Below are positions 24,805-33,765 of a stretch of DNA of 33,765 nucleotides, in pieces (position 1 is the stretch's first letter; each line of letters begins with the position of its first letter). This DNA is from an uncultured virus (IMG/VR IMGVR_UViG_3300028886_002149). Its lineage: Duplodnaviria; Heunggongvirae; Uroviricota; Caudoviricetes. The DNA is taken from the IMG/VR virus record IMGVR_UViG_3300028886_002149; one strand, 5' to 3'. The notes under the pieces are model-generated. The model saw only the letters and a program-made list of their open reading frames with translations. It was not told where the DNA came from and searched no databases. The position numbers and the translations under genes are program-made.

Positions 24805-27800
24805 ATGGCGAGAAGATACCATGAGATCAAGGGACTGGCTGAGTACACGGCCAAGGTCATCGTGTCGGATGAGCAGGAGTGGAAGAAGTTTCTGCACACG
24901 GCGGGACATATGTATAAGTACCCGTTCAGAGAGCAGATGTTGATCTATGCTCAGAGACCTGATGCAACGGCGTGTGCTTCGCTGGAACTGTGGAATGAGA
25001 AGATGAACTGCTGGGTCAACAAAGGCGCTCAGGGCATCGCGCTCATCGACGAGGAGGGTGTGCACCGGTCGGGACTGAAATATGTCTTTGATGTCAAGGA
25101 TGTGCATGAGGCGAGGTTCATCGGGCGTAAACCTACCCTATGGCAGATGGAGGAGAGGCATAAGGATTATGTGATTGACTCCCTGGAGAGGATATACGGA
25201 GAGACGGATGCGAGCCGTTCTTTTGAGAGCAGGATCATGGAACTGGCGAACCGTATCGCTTCGGAGATGGCTCCGGATATCGTATCGGATCAGCTGACTA
25301 TGTCCGTGGAAGGGAGCTACCTTGACGGACTGGATGATCTGAATCTGGAGGTGAGGCTGCAGCAAACCCTGGCGGCAAGTATCGCATATACCGTGCTTGA
25401 ACGCTGCGGCATGGATCCCGAGGATGTAGTCGGTGTTGAGTTCCCGTATCTGCACGAGTTTAATTCCATGGAGGCTCTGCCGGTTATGGGTGAGGCCACA
25501 GCTGAACTGACTGAGCCTCTGCTTCGTGAGATCGGAAGGTCGATATCCGTTTATGAGCGTGAGAAGGCTCAGGAGGCGGTCAGAGCCGCATATGATGAAC
25601 ATATCGAGCGTCAGAGCGTAAGTGCCGAGAAAGGACTTGCAAATGCGTCAGAGCGTGGCTATAATGCCTTAACGCCAGATATGCCGAAGCAGGGTAATGA
25701 ATATATCGAGAGCGCAAAGATAAGCGCGGAAAGGAGCAATTATGACAATAGAGTACATTCAGAGCGGGGATTTTCAGATTCCGAACCTGATAGCGAACAA
25801 GGAGCCGGAAGGAACGCTCACGAAATACGGACTGATGAGAAGGAACTTCTTGAAGAACAACAGGAGAGGAGTTTACAGCGGGATGCTTCTGAAGGGAACG
25901 CTGAAAGAACACCTACTGACGATACAGGAGCAGGCAGATCAGAGGATGGATCTGTTGACATCGCAGATGGCGAAAGACCAGGGCGTGGACGAGCAGATGA
26001 AACGCACCGATCAGATGAAGTGGGTAGGTCTGATGAACAACATCAGGGCATCGGCGGAGGAGATAGTTTTATCGGAGCTGATCTACAGCTAAGTCCACCG
26101 GAGGAAGAATTACAACAACTGAATCTATTCGATCTGTTCCCGAGCTTTGAGGAGCAGATGGGAACAATGATAGCAGCGGAGGCAAGTGTAAAGCACACAA
26201 AACCCGCTGCTTTTTCTTTGTCGGACGAGCAGATTGACGATATTCTGCGCACAGGCGGAGGTATGGAGGATTCCCGTAAGCGAATATATGCCAAGTATCA
26301 GGAACACAAATCTCCTGCAGAGATGGCGGCGTTTTTACAGGCTGAGTACCGTACTACCGGCAAGGGCTTTACCTTTGGCGATGATCCTGTATCCGTATGG
26401 TTTGACGAAAACGGAATGAAAGCAGGCTATGGCACATCCGCAAAGGAGAACACGGTTCTGGATATGGGCTGGGCTGAAATAGAGAGTCATATCAGGGGAT
26501 TGGTTGAGGGCGGCACATACATGAACCGCGCGGAGGCTTTCCTTGTTGATCAGACGGAGCGTCAGAGAGTGGCGAACCACATCTATTTCTTCTTCCGCGA
26601 CGGACTTGATGAAATGCCGGAGAGTTTGCAGATTGCAGGCAATAACTACCCCGACAGCGAAGCGCATATCATGGAGCTTTTATCCACCCCGGAGGGCAGG
26701 AATATCATAGCCGCAGAACTTGAAAAGGCAAAGGCTGCGCTGGATAGCGGAGAGGCAGAGCTTCGTTGGCGTTATATCAAATCTCCGGAGTATCTGCTTG
26801 ATGAAGTGGCTGATCTTGATACGGAGATGCTCACTTTTCCGACACCTGATGAGGTGGATATAAAGCAGGAGAGCTTTATCACACAGGATGAGATCGACGC
26901 GATCCTCACGGGCGGCAGTGGAGTGTCCGGCGGGAAGATCCGTATCTATGAGTTCTTTCAGCAGGGGCATGACAGCAAAGAGAATATCGCTTTTCTTAAG
27001 AATGAGTATGGTACCGGCGGCAGGTCTCATGCACTGATCGGAAATGACAGAAGCTGGGAAGACCATGATGCCAAGGGTATCAAGTTGTCCAAGGGCAATA
27101 TCATGGAGCCTTATGCGACGGCCATCCTTACATGGAATGTGGTAGAAAAACGCATCCGTGAGCTTGTCACTGCAGATCAGTTCCTGAACCAGGCTGAAAA
27201 GGAAGAACTGGAGTCAAGGCATCTGGAGGAAGCAGTCGAAGAACTGTCTGATCAGGAAACCGAGATAGAAACGGAAACTGAAGCACAGGCACAGGAGGAA
27301 GATATAAAGCTTGAATCCATTGTGCTTGACCTTACGCCGAGAGAGCCGGAGCAGGAGAAGGAGCAGGCTCGCGAGATCGACAAGACCGGCGCGACCAATT
27401 TCCGTATCACGGATGACAGACTAGGAGCAGGCGGCCCGAAGGAGAAGTTTAGAAGGAATATTGCTGCGATAGAGACCTTAAAGCAGGTTGAGAGCGAGAA
27501 TCGTGTGGCGACACCGGAAGAGCAGCAAATACTTTCCCAGTATGTCGGCTGGGGCGGTCTTGCAGATGCTTTTGATGAAAGCAAGAGTAACTGGTCGGAT
27601 GAATATGTTCAGCTGAAAGGACTGCTTACGGATGAGGAGTATAAGGCGGCAAGGGAGAGTACCCTAAATGCGCACTATACAAGTCCAGTGATCATTCGCA
27701 GTATCTATGAAGCTCTTGGAAATATGGGCTTTGAAAAAGGCAATGTCCTAGAGCCTGCCATGGGTGTCGGTAACTTCTTCGGTATGCTGCCTGAAAAGAT

Positions 27801-30800
27801 GCAGGACTCAAGGCTTTACGGTGTGGAGCTTGATGATATTACCGGACGCATCGCAAGGCAGTTATATCCCAAAGCGGATGTTCGTATCAGCGGATTTGAA
27901 AAGACTGATTTTCAGAACGATTTCTTTGATGTCGCTGTTGGAAATGTGCCCTTTGGTAATTATCAGGTGTCGGACAGAGCCTATGATAAGCTTGGTTTCC
28001 AGATCCATGATTATTTCTTTGCAAAGACGCTTGATAAGGTAAGACCGGGCGGTATCGTCGCATTTGTTACAAGTAAGGGCACAATGGATAAGCAGTCGTC
28101 ACAGGTGAGAAAGTACCTCGCGCAGAGGGCGGAGCTTGTGGGAGCGGTGAGACTTCCCAATACAGCCTTTAAGGAGAATGCCGGAACAGAAGTAACTTCC
28201 GACATTCTTTTTTTCAAGAAGCGTGACAGGCTGATGGATATCGAGCCGGACTGGGTACATCTGTCTACGGATCAGAATGGCATAGCCATGAACCAGTATT
28301 TCGTGGATCACCCGGAGATGATTGTGGGAAAGATGGCCGAGGTATCCGGACCTTTTGGAATGGAGACCGCCTGCGTGCCGGATGAGACGAGACCCTTTGA
28401 GGAGCAGCTTAGGGATGCAATCAGTCATATCAGTGCAACTTATGAAGCTGTGGAACTGGAAGAGGGCGAGGAACTTGCCTTTGATACCATACCTGCAGAT
28501 CCGAACGTGAAGAATTACAGCTACTGCGTGGTGGATGATAAGGTGTATTACCGTGAAAACAGCATCATGAAGCCTGCCGACGTATCGGAGAGCATGGAAG
28601 AGCGCATCAAAGGTATGATCGGTATCCGTGACTGTACCCAGGAGTTGATCACAATGCAGATGGAAGAGTATTCCGATGCGGCGATCACAGCAAAACAGCA
28701 GGAACTGAATGATCGGTATGATGATTTTTCAAAGAAATTCGGGCTGATCAGCTCACAGACCAATAAGAGAGCATTTAATCAGGATTCTTCATACTGTCTG
28801 CTCTGTTCATTGGAAAAACTGGATGATGAGGGCAAGTTTGAAGGCAAGGCGGATATGTTCACCAAGCGCACCATCAAGCGTGCGGAAGTGGTGGAGAGCG
28901 TTGATACCGCAAGTGAAGCCCTGGCTGTATCCTTATCGGAAAAGGCAAAGGTGGATCTGCCGTATATGGCACAGCTTGCGGGCAAGAGCGAGGATGAGAT
29001 CACCGAAGAGCTTGCCGGAGTAATCTTTAAGAACCCGCTGACAGACAGATGGGAGACTGCGGATGAGTACCTGTCCGGAAATGTTAGGGAGAAGCTTGCC
29101 GTGGCAAGGAATTATGCGGAGAATCATCCGGAGTTTGCGGTAAACGTGGCATCCCTTGAGAGGGTGCAGCCCAAAGAACTGGATGCTTCGGAGATCGAGG
29201 TACGCATCGGTGCCACATGGATAGATCCTCATTATATCGAGGACTTCATGCGCGAGACTTTTCAGACACCGGATTATCTCTTCAACCGGGATGTAGTCGG
29301 AGTGCAGTTTTCCGATATCACGGGCCAGTGGAATGTGAAGGGCAAGAATGCCGATTATGGCAATACCCTCGTGCATAACACCTTCGGTACCGGCAGGGCG
29401 AACGCTTATAAGATCCTGGAGGATTCCCTTAACTTAAAGGACACCCGTATCTATGATACCGTGGTGGAAGATGGTAAGGAAAAGCGTGTACTTAACAAAA
29501 AGGAAACTACCCTTGCCAGTCAGAAGCAGGAAGCAATCCGGGAGGCATTTAAGGACTGGGTATTCAGAGATCCTGAGAGGAGAGCTGCTCTTACGGCAAA
29601 GTATAATGAGCTGTTCAATTCAACAAGACCGAGGGAGTATGACGGATCACATCTTAAGTTCCCGGGCATGACACCTGACATCATATTAAAACCGCATCAG
29701 TTAAATGCCGTGGCGCATGTGTTATACGGAGATAATACTCTCCTTGCGCATTGTGTCGGTGCGGGCAAGACCTTTGAAATGACAGCGGCGGCCATGGAAA
29801 GTAAGAGACTGGGGCTTTGTCATAAGTCGCTCTTCGTAGTGCCGAACCATCTGACAGAGCAATGGGCAAGTGATTTCTTAAGATTGTATCCCGGAGCCAA
29901 TATCCTGGCGGCAACCAAAAAGGACTTTGAGCCGGCAAACCGTAAGAAGTTTTGCTCCCGTATCGCTACGGGTGATTATGATGCGGTGATCATCGGGCAC
30001 AGTCAGTTTGAAAAGATCCCGCTTTCCACGGAAAGACAGATCGCGATCATTGAAAGACAGATTGATGAGATCGAAGCGGCAATAGCACTGGCAAAGGCTG
30101 AGAGGGGTGAGCGGTACACCATCAAGGAAATGGAGAAAAGCCGTAAATCCCTGATCGCTAAACTGGATAAGCTGAACGATACTACCCGTAAGGATAATGT
30201 CGTAACCTTTGAGCAGCTTGGTGTGGACAGGCTATTTGTAGATGAAAGTCATAATTACAAGAACCTGTTTCTCTATACCAAAATGAGAAATGTGGCGGGT
30301 ATAGCGCAGACCGAGGCACAGAAGTCGCAGGATATGTTTAACAAGTGCCAGTACCTTGACGAGATCACAGGCGGTAAGGGCGTGACCTTTGCAACCGGTA
30401 CACCGATCAGCAACAGCATGACGGAACTTTATACCAATATGCGTTATCTGCAGTATGGCACGCTTCAGAAGATGGGACTGGGACAGTTTGATTCATGGGC
30501 TGCAACCTTTGGAGAAACACAGACAGCGATAGAGCTTGCACCGGAGGGAACCGGATACAGAGCAAAGACAAGGTTTGCGAAGTTCTTTAACCTGCCGGAG
30601 CTGATATCACTATTCAAAGAGTCGGCGGATATACAGACACCGGATATGCTGAAATTACCTGTGCCGGAGGCAGAGTATGAGAATGTTACGCTTAAGCCTT
30701 CCGAAGCACAGAAGCAGATGGTGGAGTCATTGGCAGACAGAGCAGAGAGAGTGCGTAACCGTATGGTGGATTCTTCCGTCGATAATATGCTTAAGATAAC

Positions 30801-32430
30801 CAATGACGGACGGAAGCTTGCACTTGACCAGAGGCTTATGAATGATATGCTGCCGGATGATCCAAACAGTAAGGCGAGTGTATGTGTGGAGAAGGCTTTT
30901 GAGATATGGGAGCAGACAGCAGATAAGAGGTCGGCACAGCTGATCTTTTGCGACCTAAGTACGCCGAAAGGAGACGGAACATTCAATGTATATGAGGATA
31001 TCAGAAGTAAACTGGTGGCGAAGGGAGTGCCACCCGAGGAGATAGCTTTTATCCATGATGCGAATACGGAACTGAGGAAAGCGGAGTTGTTTGCGAAGGT
31101 AAGAAGCGGGCAGGTCCGTTTTTTATTGGGATCTACCGCAAAGATGGGAGCCGGTACGAACGTGCAGGATAAGCTGATCGCGTTACATCATCTGGATGTG
31201 CCATGGAGACCGTCAGACATTGAACAGCAGGAGGGCCGAATCTTAAGGCAGGGTAATACCAATCCGAAGGTGAAGATCTTCCGGTATGTCACGGAAGGGA
31301 CATTTGATGCGTACAGTTGGCAGCTGATCGAGAATAAACAGAAGTTCATCGGTCAGATCATGACGAGTAAATCTCCGGTCAGAAGCTGTGAGGATATCGA
31401 CGATGCTGCGCTTACCTATGCGGAAGTAAAAGCACTGGCAACGGGCAATCCCTACATCAAGGAAAAGATGGATCTGGATATCCAGGTATCAAAGCTTAAA
31501 CTCATGAAGGCAAATCATACCAGTCAGAAGTACAGACTGGAGGATGACATTGCGCAGAGGTATCCGAAGAAGATATCGGCTCTTAAGGAAAAGATCGAGG
31601 GCTTAAAGGCGGATATCGCTGATTACAATGCACGAAAGCCTGCGGATAAGGAGCTGTTTACCATGACGGTGGCAGGTAAAACCTATGAAGACAGGAAAGA
31701 AGCCGGAGAAGCCATCATTGGTATGTGCAGGGAGATGAAGACTGCCAACATACCTGTCGGTATCGGTGAATACCTCGGGATGAAGATGGCGGCGACCTTT
31801 GATTCTTTCAGCAGGAAGTTCACCTTGGCACTGAAAGGGAACTTAAGCCACACCATCGAGGTCGGTTCGGATCCTTCGGGTAACATTACCCGTATCAATA
31901 ATGCTCTTGATGGTATGGGAAAGCAGCTTGAAGAAGCCGTGGCAAGGCTTGAAAATGTGGAGCATCAGCTTGAGACTGCAAAGATCGAAGTGGTAAAACC
32001 CTTCGCACAGGAAGCGGAGCTTGCAGAAAAGCTTGACAGGCTGGCGGAGCTGAATGCCCTACTCAACATGGACGAAAAGGGTGATGAGGCCGTGGATATG
32101 GATGATGAAGCACCGAAGCAGGAAGGCCAGGATAAAGGACAGGACGTGACTGACGGAAAGACCGAAGCACCTGCACAGGAGGCAGAACAGCATGGCAGCG
32201 TATCTTATGTTGATAATACGGCAGAGATCCGTAAAGCATCCGAGCCGAAGGTGGAATACGGCAGTAAGATATCCGAACCGAAAACAGAATACAGCGCAAA
32301 GAAACCGGAAAAGCCTGATAGGGCAAGTGGGAAGCCGTTTCATGACAAGCTGGAGGCAAAGAAAGGCGAGGTGGCAAAGCAGTCGCCCCCAAAGCCCGCA
32401 GAGGTAAAGGATAAGCATACATCATTATAA
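24805..32430 (+). CDS. Giant ArdC-N-like / N6-adenine methyltransferase / SNF2-type helicase (DarB-like) protein, ~2541 aa
   Basis: N-terminal YKYPF..Q.LIYAQRP.ATACA; MTase VLEPAMGVGNF and VGNVPF; helicase HCVGAGKT, FVDESH, ATGTPISN and PWRPSDIEQQEGRILRQGN. ATG 24805 is better spaced from SD AGGAGG than 24796. Confidence 0.92.
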   Translation: MARRYHEIKGLAEYTAKVIVSDEQEWKKFLHTAGHMYKYPFREQMLIYAQRPDATACASLELWNEKMNCWVNKGAQGIALIDEEGVHRSGLKYVFDVKDVHEARFIGRKPTLWQMEERHKDYVIDSLERIYGETDASRSFESRIMELANRIASEMAPDIVSDQLTMSVEGSYLDGLDDLNLEVRLQQTLAASIAYTVLERCGMDPEDVVGVEFPYLHEFNSMEALPVMGEATAELTEPLLREIGRSISVYEREKAQEAVRAAYDEHIERQSVSAEKGLANASERGYNALTPDMPKQGNEYIESAKISAERSNYDNRVHSERGFSDSEPDSEQGAGRNAHEIRTDEKELLEEQQERSLQRDASEGNAERTPTDDTGAGRSEDGSVDIADGERPGRGRADETHRSDEVGRSDEQHQGIGGGDSFIGADLQLSPPEEELQQLNLFDLFPSFEEQMGTMIAAEASVKHTKPAAFSLSDEQIDDILRTGGGMEDSRKRIYAKYQEHKSPAEMAAFLQAEYRTTGKGFTFGDDPVSVWFDENGMKAGYGTSAKENTVLDMGWAEIESHIRGLVEGGTYMNRAEAFLVDQTERQRVANHIYFFFRDGLDEMPESLQIAGNNYPDSEAHIMELLSTPEGRNIIAAELEKAKAALDSGEAELRWRYIKSPEYLLDEVADLDTEMLTFPTPDEVDIKQESFITQDEIDAILTGGSGVSGGKIRIYEFFQQGHDSKENIAFLKNEYGTGGRSHALIGNDRSWEDHDAKGIKLSKGNIMEPYATAILTWNVVEKRIRELVTADQFLNQAEKEELESRHLEEAVEELSDQETEIETETEAQAQEEDIKLESIVLDLTPREPEQEKEQAREIDKTGATNFRITDDRLGAGGPKEKFRRNIAAIETLKQVESENRVATPEEQQILSQYVGWGGLADAFDESKSNWSDEYVQLKGLLTDEEYKAARESTLNAHYTSPVIIRSIYEALGNMGFEKGNVLEPAMGVGNFFGMLPEKMQDSRLYGVELDDITGRIARQLYPKADVRISGFEKTDFQNDFFDVAVGNVPFGNYQVSDRAYDKLGFQIHDYFFAKTLDKVRPGGIVAFVTSKGTMDKQSSQVRKYLAQRAELVGAVRLPNTAFKENAGTEVTSDILFFKKRDRLMDIEPDWVHLSTDQNGIAMNQYFVDHPEMIVGKMAEVSGPFGMETACVPDETRPFEEQLRDAISHISATYEAVELEEGEELAFDTIPADPNVKNYSYCVVDDKVYYRENSIMKPADVSESMEERIKGMIGIRDCTQELITMQMEEYSDAAITAKQQELNDRYDDFSKKFGLISSQTNKRAFNQDSSYCLLCSLEKLDDEGKFEGKADMFTKRTIKRAEVVESVDTASEALAVSLSEKAKVDLPYMAQLAGKSEDEITEELAGVIFKNPLTDRWETADEYLSGNVREKLAVARNYAENHPEFAVNVASLERVQPKELDASEIEVRIGATWIDPHYIEDFMRETFQTPDYLFNRDVVGVQFSDITGQWNVKGKNADYGNTLVHNTFGTGRANAYKILEDSLNLKDTRIYDTVVEDGKEKRVLNKKETTLASQKQEAIREAFKDWVFRDPERRAALTAKYNELFNSTRPREYDGSHLKFPGMTPDIILKPHQLNAVAHVLYGDNTLLAHCVGAGKTFEMTAAAMESKRLGLCHKSLFVVPNHLTEQWASDFLRLYPGANILAATKKDFEPANRKKFCSRIATGDYDAVIIGHSQFEKIPLSTERQIAIIERQIDEIEAAIALAKAERGERYTIKEMEKSRKSLIAKLDKLNDTTRKDNVVTFEQLGVDRLFVDESHNYKNLFLYTKMRNVAGIAQTEAQKSQDMFNKCQYLDEITGGKGVTFATGTPISNSMTELYTNMRYLQYGTLQKMGLGQFDSWAATFGETQTAIELAPEGTGYRAKTRFAKFFNLPELISLFKESADIQTPDMLKLPVPEAEYENVTLKPSEAQKQMVESLADRAERVRNRMVDSSVDNMLKITNDGRKLALDQRLMNDMLPDDPNSKASVCVEKAFEIWEQTADKRSAQLIFCDLSTPKGDGTFNVYEDIRSKLVAKGVPPEEIAFIHDANTELRKAELFAKVRSGQVRFLLGSTAKMGAGTNVQDKLIALHHLDVPWRPSDIEQQEGRILRQGNTNPKVKIFRYVTEGTFDAYSWQLIENKQKFIGQIMTSKSPVRSCEDIDDAALTYAEVKALATGNPYIKEKMDLDIQVSKLKLMKANHTSQKYRLEDDIAQRYPKKISALKEKIEGLKADIADYNARKPADKELFTMTVAGKTYEDRKEAGEAIIGMCREMKTANIPVGIGEYLGMKMAATFDSFSRKFTLALKGNLSHTIEVGSDPSGNITRINNALDGMGKQLEEAVARLENVEHQLETAKIEVVKPFAQEAELAEKLDRLAELNALLNMDEKGDEAVDMDDEAPKQEGQDKGQDVTDGKTEAPAQEAEQHGSVSYVDNTAEIRKASEPKVEYGSKISEPKTEYSAKKPEKPDRASGKPFHDKLEAKKGEVAKQSPPKPAEVKDKHTSL
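25637..25665 (+). promoter_or_regulatory. Internal sigma-A promoter within the helicase gene, upstream of the nested tnpV-like ORF
   Basis: TTGCAA-N17-TATAAT. Confidence 0.7.
25742..26092 (+). CDS. tnpV: TnpV family protein, nested in the +1 frame of the helicase gene, 116 aa
   Basis: GD..IPNL, KYG.MRR..LK, GV.EQMK..DQMKWVG.MNNIR..AEEIV..ELIY signature; SD AAAGGAG 5 nt before the ATG. Confidence 0.82.
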   Translation: MTIEYIQSGDFQIPNLIANKEPEGTLTKYGLMRRNFLKNNRRGVYSGMLLKGTLKEHLLTIQEQADQRMDLLTSQMAKDQGVDEQMKRTDQMKWVGLMNNIRASAEEIVLSELIYS

Positions 32431-32439
32431 AACAGGGAG

Positions 32440-32469
32440 ATCCCGGCTGAGTTTTCAGTCGGGATTTTT
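32440..32469 (+). terminator. Intrinsic terminator after the helicase gene
   Basis: ATCCCGGCTGA-GTTT-TCAGTCGGGAT followed by a T run. Confidence 0.7.
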
Positions 32470-32488
32470 ACCCGGAAAGGACAGTCAT

Positions 32489-32635
32489 ATGGAAGAAAAA
32501 GAAGTAGTGCTCACAAGCGTGGAGCAGTTTAAGGAATATCTTAAGAATACCGCAGATGATAAGACAGTGATCAGCGTGGTATTGGAGCTTGCCGGAAAGG
32601 ATGCGGATAAGGAAGGCGGTGAAGATGATGGCTGA
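32489..32635 (+). CDS. Small acidic hypothetical protein, 48 aa (not in the ORF track)
   Basis: SD GAAAGGA; MEEKEVVLTSVEQFKEYLKNTADDKTVISVVLELAGKDADKEGGEDDG; overlaps the next start codon. Confidence 0.55.
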   Translation: MEEKEVVLTSVEQFKEYLKNTADDKTVISVVLELAGKDADKEGGEDDG

Positions 32636-33765
32636 TGAATATGAACTGAAGCAGGTAAAGGTACGGCTGAAACTGGCTGAGGCGGAGCCTTTATACAGTA
32701 CGGAGCAGATCACAACGCCCGATAAGGCGGCAGAGGTTATGGCGCAGGCACTTTCACAGATGGACAGGGAGTATTGTTGCGTGGTGAATCTGGACGGAGC
32801 CAATCATCCCATCAATTTCAATGTGGTCAGCATCGGGGATGTGAACCAGGCGCATGTGCCGATCCAGAATGTATTTAAGAGTGCGATTCTCTCTAATGCC
32901 AGCAGCATCATGATGTTTCATAATCATCCGAGCGGATCCGTACAGGCAAGTCGTGAAGATATCGACGTGACAAAGAGGCTGATAGAAGCCGGAAAGATCA
33001 TGAATATCCCGGTGCTTGACCATATCATTGTGGGTGGCGGCACTGCGGAGCGGTTCAGCTTCAAGGAAGCCAATCCGGAGATGTTCAATGTATCGGAGAG
33101 AGCGGCGTATGCAGTTCATGAGCCGATAGAGCATAAGCCCATAGAAGGGGATCATTTCAGTATCTATCAGCTGAAGGATGAAGATTCCCTGCATTATATT
33201 CGATTCGAGGGACTCACAAGGCTGCATAAGGAAGGCAATGAGGTTGAGCGTGACAATTATGTTCTTATCTACGAAGCAGCCTTAAAGCCCGGGGCTTCCC
33301 TGGATGATCTGTATTATGAGTTTAATATGCAGCATCCGAAGGACTTCCGTGGGCATTCCATGTCCGTCAGCGATATCGTAGTTCTTCACAAAGGGAATGA
33401 GGATAAGGCATTTTATGTGGATACCTTTGGCTTTACCGAAGTACCGGAGTTTCTGCTTGAAAAGGTGCAGGAGCAGCAGATGGATATGGACGAGGCGGCC
33501 TATAAGCTGGGCGACCGCTATATCAGCATACAGAGGACGGATGAGGGCTTTGATTATTCCATCCATGATGAGGCTTATCATCTGTTGGACGGCGGTGTGC
33601 TGGATAATCCCGATATCAGTATCGGAGAGGTGCTTAAACAGATCACGGATGAACTGAAACAGCCGGTATATGATGCGGAGCATGACAGATATACTCATAC
33701 CGAGCTGCAGGGGAATATCCGACAGAAGGATGAGCCGGTAGCGGTTGATTTTGATGATCTGATGG
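32628..33765 (+). CDS. RadC/JAB + YodL + LPD16-like polyvalent protein, 3'-partial (not in the ORF track)
   Basis: Manual translation: JAB FHNHPSG...S..D...VLDHIIV; YodL GHSMSVSDIVV...FYVDTFGF; then YISIQRTDEGFDYSIHD...LLDGGVLDNPD. Open to the window end. Confidence 0.85.
   Translation, partial: MADEYELKQVKVRLKLAEAEPLYSTEQITTPDKAAEVMAQALSQMDREYCCVVNLDGANHPINFNVVSIGDVNQAHVPIQNVFKSAILSNASSIMMFHNHPSGSVQASREDIDVTKRLIEAGKIMNIPVLDHIIVGGGTAERFSFKEANPEMFNVSERAAYAVHEPIEHKPIEGDHFSIYQLKDEDSLHYIRFEGLTRLHKEGNEVERDNYVLIYEAALKPGASLDDLYYEFNMQHPKDFRGHSMSVSDIVVLHKGNEDKAFYVDTFGFTEVPEFLLEKVQEQQMDMDEAAYKLGDRYISIQRTDEGFDYSIHDEAYHLLDGGVLDNPDISIGEVLKQITDELKQPVYDAEHDRYTHTELQGNIRQKDEPVAVDFDDLM

Larger units (their letters stand above)
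1..33765 (+). mobile_element. Conjugative element (Tn1549/CTn-like ICE or conjugative plasmid); both ends lie outside the window
   Basis: Gene order parB-rep-pcfB-virD4-maff2-virB6-prgI-virB4-NlpC/P60-DUF4366-topB-methylase/helicase-radC matches clostridial conjugative elements. No integrase or relaxase is in view. Confidence 0.92.

Noticed and set aside
32754..33698. Minus-strand ORFs of 157 and 138 aa at the window end
   Set aside because: They are shadows of the + strand JAB-YodL gene, which the track omitted because it has no stop in the window.

Overview
This window is the backbone of a Firmicutes (Clostridia/Lachnospiraceae-like, inferred) conjugative element of the Tn1549/CTn-type. 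On the + strand it runs: partial parB, a replication initiator, a zinc-ribbon repeat protein, two hypothetical genes, a type IV secretion module (PcfB-like, VirD4, Maff2 pilin-like, VirB6, PrgI, VirB4, an M23+NlpC/P60 cell-wall hydrolase, a DUF4366-like surface protein), topoisomerase III and a DUF5688-like protein. An AT-richer cargo block follows (GNAT, truncated GNAT, AraC on the - strand, MFS, alpha/beta hydrolase, SCP2 protein). The window ends with a ~2540-aa ArdC-N/N6-methylase/SNF2 helicase and a partial RadC(JAB)-YodL polyvalent protein. No relaxase, integrase or element ends are visible, so ICE versus plasmid cannot be decided. Best unexplained signals: (1) a complete TnpV-like gene with its own consensus promoter and RBS nested in the +1 frame of the giant helicase gene; (2) a probable iteron origin inside the rep gene; (3) a 25-bp palindrome in three copies, two of them in a repeated terminator-palindrome-RBS module; (4) internal terminators, AACTGAATA boxes and a structured virD4-maff2 leader that suggest antitermination control; (5) a shared C-terminal tail on unrelated proteins that could be a T4SS export signal. 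Family names come from recognising motifs by eye; no database search was run.
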